DNA from: Candidatus Latescibacterota bacterium
Lineage (GTDB): Bacteria; Latescibacterota; UBA2968; GCA-2709665
DNA: 64,000 bases
Direction: 5' to 3'
Assembly: GCA_965222075.1 (NCBI GenBank)
Contig: OZ244937.1
Location: forward strand, 160,001 to 224,000
The notes under the pieces were generated by a model. It did no database searches. It had not been told where the DNA came from and worked only from the letters and a program-made list of their open reading frames with translations. Below, piece after piece: positions 60,538-64,000 of the stretch (position 1 is its first letter; every line of letters begins with the position of its first letter). Made by a program: the position numbers and the translations under genes.

Positions 60538-61407
60538 ATGGACGAGTATGAGAAATACCTCTTCGACCTCAACGGCTATCTGGTCCTCGAAGACGTGCTC
60601 ATACCCGAAGAGGTCGCGGCCTGCAACGAGGCCATCGACCACAACCCGGCGGGCGTCACCAAGAGACCCGACCATCGCTTCAGATCGGGCGGCTCGGAAG
60701 CGTTAAAGGGCGAAGTCCGGCGAGACCTGACGGGAATGCTGGCCTGGCCAAAGCCCTGGTGTCTGCCTTTCAGGACACTCCTCTCACACCCCAGGATCAT
60801 GGGCTGTATGCGAGAGTTGCTGGGTGACGGCTTTCGGCTGGATAGCCTCATGGGCATCTTGATGAGCAAAGGTACAGAAGGTTTCACGCTCCACGGAGGC
60901 GGCACCAAGCGCAACAGCTTCGTTCACTTCTACGGATTTGTCAACGGACGGATGCGGGGCGGACTCACCGTGGCCTCTTGGGCCCTGACCGACAGTTGCC
61001 CGGGGGACGGTGGTTTCGCCTGCATCCCCGGCAGTCACAAGGCCAATTACCCGCTTCCCCGGGACGTGGCCCGCCTGGAGAGGGACCTGGGGGTGGTCAG
61101 ACACGTTCCAGTCAAAGCCGGGTCCGTTATCATCTTCACGGAAGCCCTCACGCACGGTACCCTCCCGTGGAAGGCCGATCACGAGCGTCGGGCCGCTCTC
61201 TTCAGATATACCCCCGGTCCCATTGCTCAGAATCACCCCGAGGCCTATCGCAGATCCGACGTGACCGCCGACACCAGAAATTATCGGCCCAACGGCGTCG
61301 ATGAGATGCTGGAGGAATTCACACCCACGCAGCAGGCGCTGCTGGAGCCCCCATACCATCCCGGGAGACCCAAAATTCCCGCTGGCTGCGGGGCCTGCGC
61401 CACCTGA
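60538..61407 (+). CDS. PhyH-like enzyme, 'MDEYEKY' clade, copy 3 (HxG motif)
   Basis: 'LHGG', 'GGFACIPGSHKANY', 'EALTHG', 'RRAALFRY'. Confidence 0.85.
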   Translation: MDEYEKYLFDLNGYLVLEDVLIPEEVAACNEAIDHNPAGVTKRPDHRFRSGGSEALKGEVRRDLTGMLAWPKPWCLPFRTLLSHPRIMGCMRELLGDGFRLDSLMGILMSKGTEGFTLHGGGTKRNSFVHFYGFVNGRMRGGLTVASWALTDSCPGDGGFACIPGSHKANYPLPRDVARLERDLGVVRHVPVKAGSVIIFTEALTHGTLPWKADHERRAALFRYTPGPIAQNHPEAYRRSDVTADTRNYRPNGVDEMLEEFTPTQQALLEPPYHPGRPKIPAGCGACAT

Positions 61408-61442
61408 GGCAGAACCGGTAATAAAAAAGGAAACACGACGCC

Positions 61443-63518
61443 ATGAGTGCCGATACTTCAGGGGAAGCTGGACCCAGATTCGATCGATCCTTTCTGCCAG
61501 ACGCCACCTTTGAATTCGTCGTCATCGGTGACACCCACTATATGCTCGACCCGAAAGCCTTTGCGGCGGAATTTGATTCTGTCCGTCACTGGCCCAGGCG
61601 TGCCGAGTGGGCCCTCCGGCTGGCGGCCGCTCTAAAGGGCGCCTTTGTCGTCCACCTGGGCGATCTCGCGCAGGAGTACGTGGAGAAGGAGGGTTTTTCC
61701 GGAGCGAGGGAGAAGGCGCTGGACCAGATCAGGCGATGTGGCATGAAGCCCCACCACGTTGCGGGAAACCAGGATGTCGGAGACAAGCCCGATCCCACCA
61801 TGCCGGCGGAGTGGGTAACGTTCGACACGCTGGGTGAATATCACCGCGTGTTCGGTCGGTCCTGGTACAGCTTTGACAACAACGGGGTCCACGGCATCGT
61901 CCTCAATTCCCAGATCATGAACGGGCCTCTTCCTGAGGCGGAAGAGCAGAAGCAGTGGCTTGAATCAGACCTTTCCGAGCACGCGGGGCAGCGCATCTTC
62001 GTCTTTATCCACATGCCCCCTTTCTTTGTGGACGAGGATGAGCCGGGTCTCAGTTTTTACAACAGTATCGACGAGCCGGCGCGGGGATGGCTGCTGGGCC
62101 TGCTTCGCAAATACAGGGTCGAGCTCCTGTTTTCGGGCCATACCCATTTCGCAGCGTTTAACCGTGTGGACGAAACCCGCCTTTTTGTCGTTCCGTCCAC
62201 CACGACTTCTCGCGCAGGATTCTATGAGGCATTCTCCGTTTGTCCTCCCACCGAGCAGGGCAGAAACGACGTGGCAAAGATGGGTTTCTACCTCGTCCGC
62301 GTGCGAGAAGATGGAGCCAGGGTCCATTTCATACGGACAAACGGCGAAACCGGGCCGACACAGCCCGACAGGACGGGAAGTCGGCTTATCACCCGGATCT
62401 CACCAGACCTGCCGGAGTCCCCCGTGGGTCTCTTTCTCAGGCTGCCCCTCGCCCAGATCGCGCTTGGATCCGTTGCCTGGCCCGGGGCGATCCGCCAGCG
62501 GGTTCGGGATGACCATCCGTTCCGTGCGTGCCTTGAGCTCGGCGCCCGTCACGTGCGGATCCCAGCCCCCGACCTGGACGATCCACTGCAGAGCCGGCGC
62601 TTGAGCATGCTTAGAGACGAGGGAGTCTGCATCACAGCCTTCTGGATTCAGTCCGATCGATTGGGACTCTACGATACGGTGTCTAAGGTGGCAGACAGGA
62701 TCGATGCCGTCGAGGTGCAAATGCCGGGTACGCCCTTTCCCGACGAGGCCGTCCGAAGGGACCTCGAACGTCTTCAGGAGAGCGCGGCCCTGCCGGTTAC
62801 GCTCTCACCGCTCTTTCCCAAGGAGCGGATGCCCGGGAAGTTCCACCCAAGGATGCGGATCGGCTATCACCCGTCCGAGCTGCCGGAAGTGAACAAACAG
62901 CTGTCCCGGACGGACACACGGGTGGATCGGCTGCTCTGCCGGCTCGGACCGGAGCGGCGGCCGTGGGAGGCCATCCAGGAATTCATGTCACTCCTACCCC
63001 TGAGCCAGATCGAAGGCCTGGACTTCTTATTGGAACTCCCCGGCACGGATGAGGCCCCGCAGGTTATCCGCGCCACCGAGGGCCTCTTTGCCTCCTGCCT
63101 GCTCCCCGGCTGCCGTCTCTTTCTCGATCCGCTCGTGGACCTGGACCGGACCAATGACATCAACCACGGCCTTTTGGACCGCCTGTCCAACCCGAGGCCG
63201 GCGTTTCACGCCGTGCGATGTCTCAACACGATTCTATTCAGTCATCCAGAGTCGTTCCGTCTGTTTGGAGCAAAAGAGATGGATGGAGGAAGGGCGATCG
63301 GGATCAGTGGAAGCGGAAAATCTCTGTGGTTACTCCTTCCTGAAGGGAAACTTTCTGTCCGTTCACAGGAGCTCGAGGGCCTGGATCCGAGCAAAACGGA
63401 CGTACACGCCTTTCATCTCGTCCAAGGATTCAGCCGGCGACATCCCGCGGGCGACAGCGATCTCGCTCCATCGATCTCCGGCATCGTCGACCCCGTCCTC
63501 CTGATGTCCACAGCATGA
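61443..63518 (+). CDS. Calcineurin-like metallophosphoesterase fused to an uncharacterised C-terminal domain
   Basis: 'GDTH', 'HLGD', 'GNQD', 'IHMP', 'SGHTH'. Confidence 0.8.
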   Translation: MSADTSGEAGPRFDRSFLPDATFEFVVIGDTHYMLDPKAFAAEFDSVRHWPRRAEWALRLAAALKGAFVVHLGDLAQEYVEKEGFSGAREKALDQIRRCGMKPHHVAGNQDVGDKPDPTMPAEWVTFDTLGEYHRVFGRSWYSFDNNGVHGIVLNSQIMNGPLPEAEEQKQWLESDLSEHAGQRIFVFIHMPPFFVDEDEPGLSFYNSIDEPARGWLLGLLRKYRVELLFSGHTHFAAFNRVDETRLFVVPSTTTSRAGFYEAFSVCPPTEQGRNDVAKMGFYLVRVREDGARVHFIRTNGETGPTQPDRTGSRLITRISPDLPESPVGLFLRLPLAQIALGSVAWPGAIRQRVRDDHPFRACLELGARHVRIPAPDLDDPLQSRRLSMLRDEGVCITAFWIQSDRLGLYDTVSKVADRIDAVEVQMPGTPFPDEAVRRDLERLQESAALPVTLSPLFPKERMPGKFHPRMRIGYHPSELPEVNKQLSRTDTRVDRLLCRLGPERRPWEAIQEFMSLLPLSQIEGLDFLLELPGTDEAPQVIRATEGLFASCLLPGCRLFLDPLVDLDRTNDINHGLLDRLSNPRPAFHAVRCLNTILFSHPESFRLFGAKEMDGGRAIGISGSGKSLWLLLPEGKLSVRSQELEGLDPSKTDVHAFHLVQGFSRRHPAGDSDLAPSISGIVDPVLLMSTA

Positions 63519-63596
63519 TGTCGGAAAGAAGAAATAAGCGGACTATGCGCGAACTCAGAAAGGTTGAACCGCTTCAATTTCCCAAGGGGGTCATTC

Positions 63597-64000
63597 ATGA
63601 ACGTTGTCCTGATCGTCGGTGACAGACACAACCCGGAGTTTACCGGGTGTTACGGCAACCCCATCACCCGGACGCCCCAGATCGACAGCATCGCCGAGCG
63701 TGGCACGCGCTTTGAGAACGCCTATTGTCACAGCCCCTTGTGCGTGCCGGCCCGGGCAGCGATGATGAGCGGACGCTACGTGCACGAAACAGGGACATGG
63801 GACAATGCCTTCCCCTACACCGGCGTTCCTCGGGGATGGGGTCACTACTTTGCCGAGCAGGGGGTGCACCTGACCACGACCGGGAAGGTGGATTACGCGC
63901 CGGGGGGGGACCACGGCATCGCGGAGGAGCGTCTGGCCGTACACCGGGAGAAGTCGGATATCCACTCCCTTTTCCGGGAGCAGGAGATTCCCCGGCGATA
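63597..64000 (+). CDS. Sulfatase-family hydrolase clade A, copy 7 (3' truncated by window)
   Basis: MNVVLIVGDRHNPEFTGCYGNPITRTP...CHSPLCVPARAA; read directly from the DNA, absent from the ORF track. Confidence 0.88.
   Translation, partial: MNVVLIVGDRHNPEFTGCYGNPITRTPQIDSIAERGTRFENAYCHSPLCVPARAAMMSGRYVHETGTWDNAFPYTGVPRGWGHYFAEQGVHLTTTGKVDYAPGGDHGIAEERLAVHREKSDIHSLFREQEIPRR

Overview
High-GC bacterial DNA. It most likely comes from an FCB-group/candidate-phylum genome such as Latescibacterota; this is inferred from the TonB receptor/CTD-protein/PorV trio, a GWxTD-type TPR protein and the mass of sulfatases and PhyH enzymes. Apart from one IS630-family element, all ~45 genes lie on the + strand. 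The window opens with an outer-membrane module (TonB-dependent receptor C-terminus, exported protein with a T9SS-CTD-like tail, PorV-family barrel). About 59 kb of mostly cytoplasmic catabolic enzymes follow, in paralog sets: 10 sulfatase-family genes, 5 PhyH-type plus 1 JmjC oxygenases, 3 aldo-keto reductases, 4 alpha/beta hydrolases, 2 Ldh_2 dehydrogenases, 2 DUF3604/PHP-like hydrolases, 2 DegT aminotransferases, and several singletons. Two patterns stand out. (i) In many unrelated families the canonical catalytic residues are substituted in intact genes: AKR Tyr, SDR Tyr, DegT Lys, PhyH Asp (halogenase-like HxG/HxA), sulfatase Lys/His, and metallophosphoesterase His. (ii) The array shows active shuffling: mosaic paralogs, start-less gene remnants between genes, an in-frame chimeric gene and a frameshifted gene. 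I found no rRNA, tRNA or CRISPR array. All family calls come from motif recognition by eye, not from database searches.
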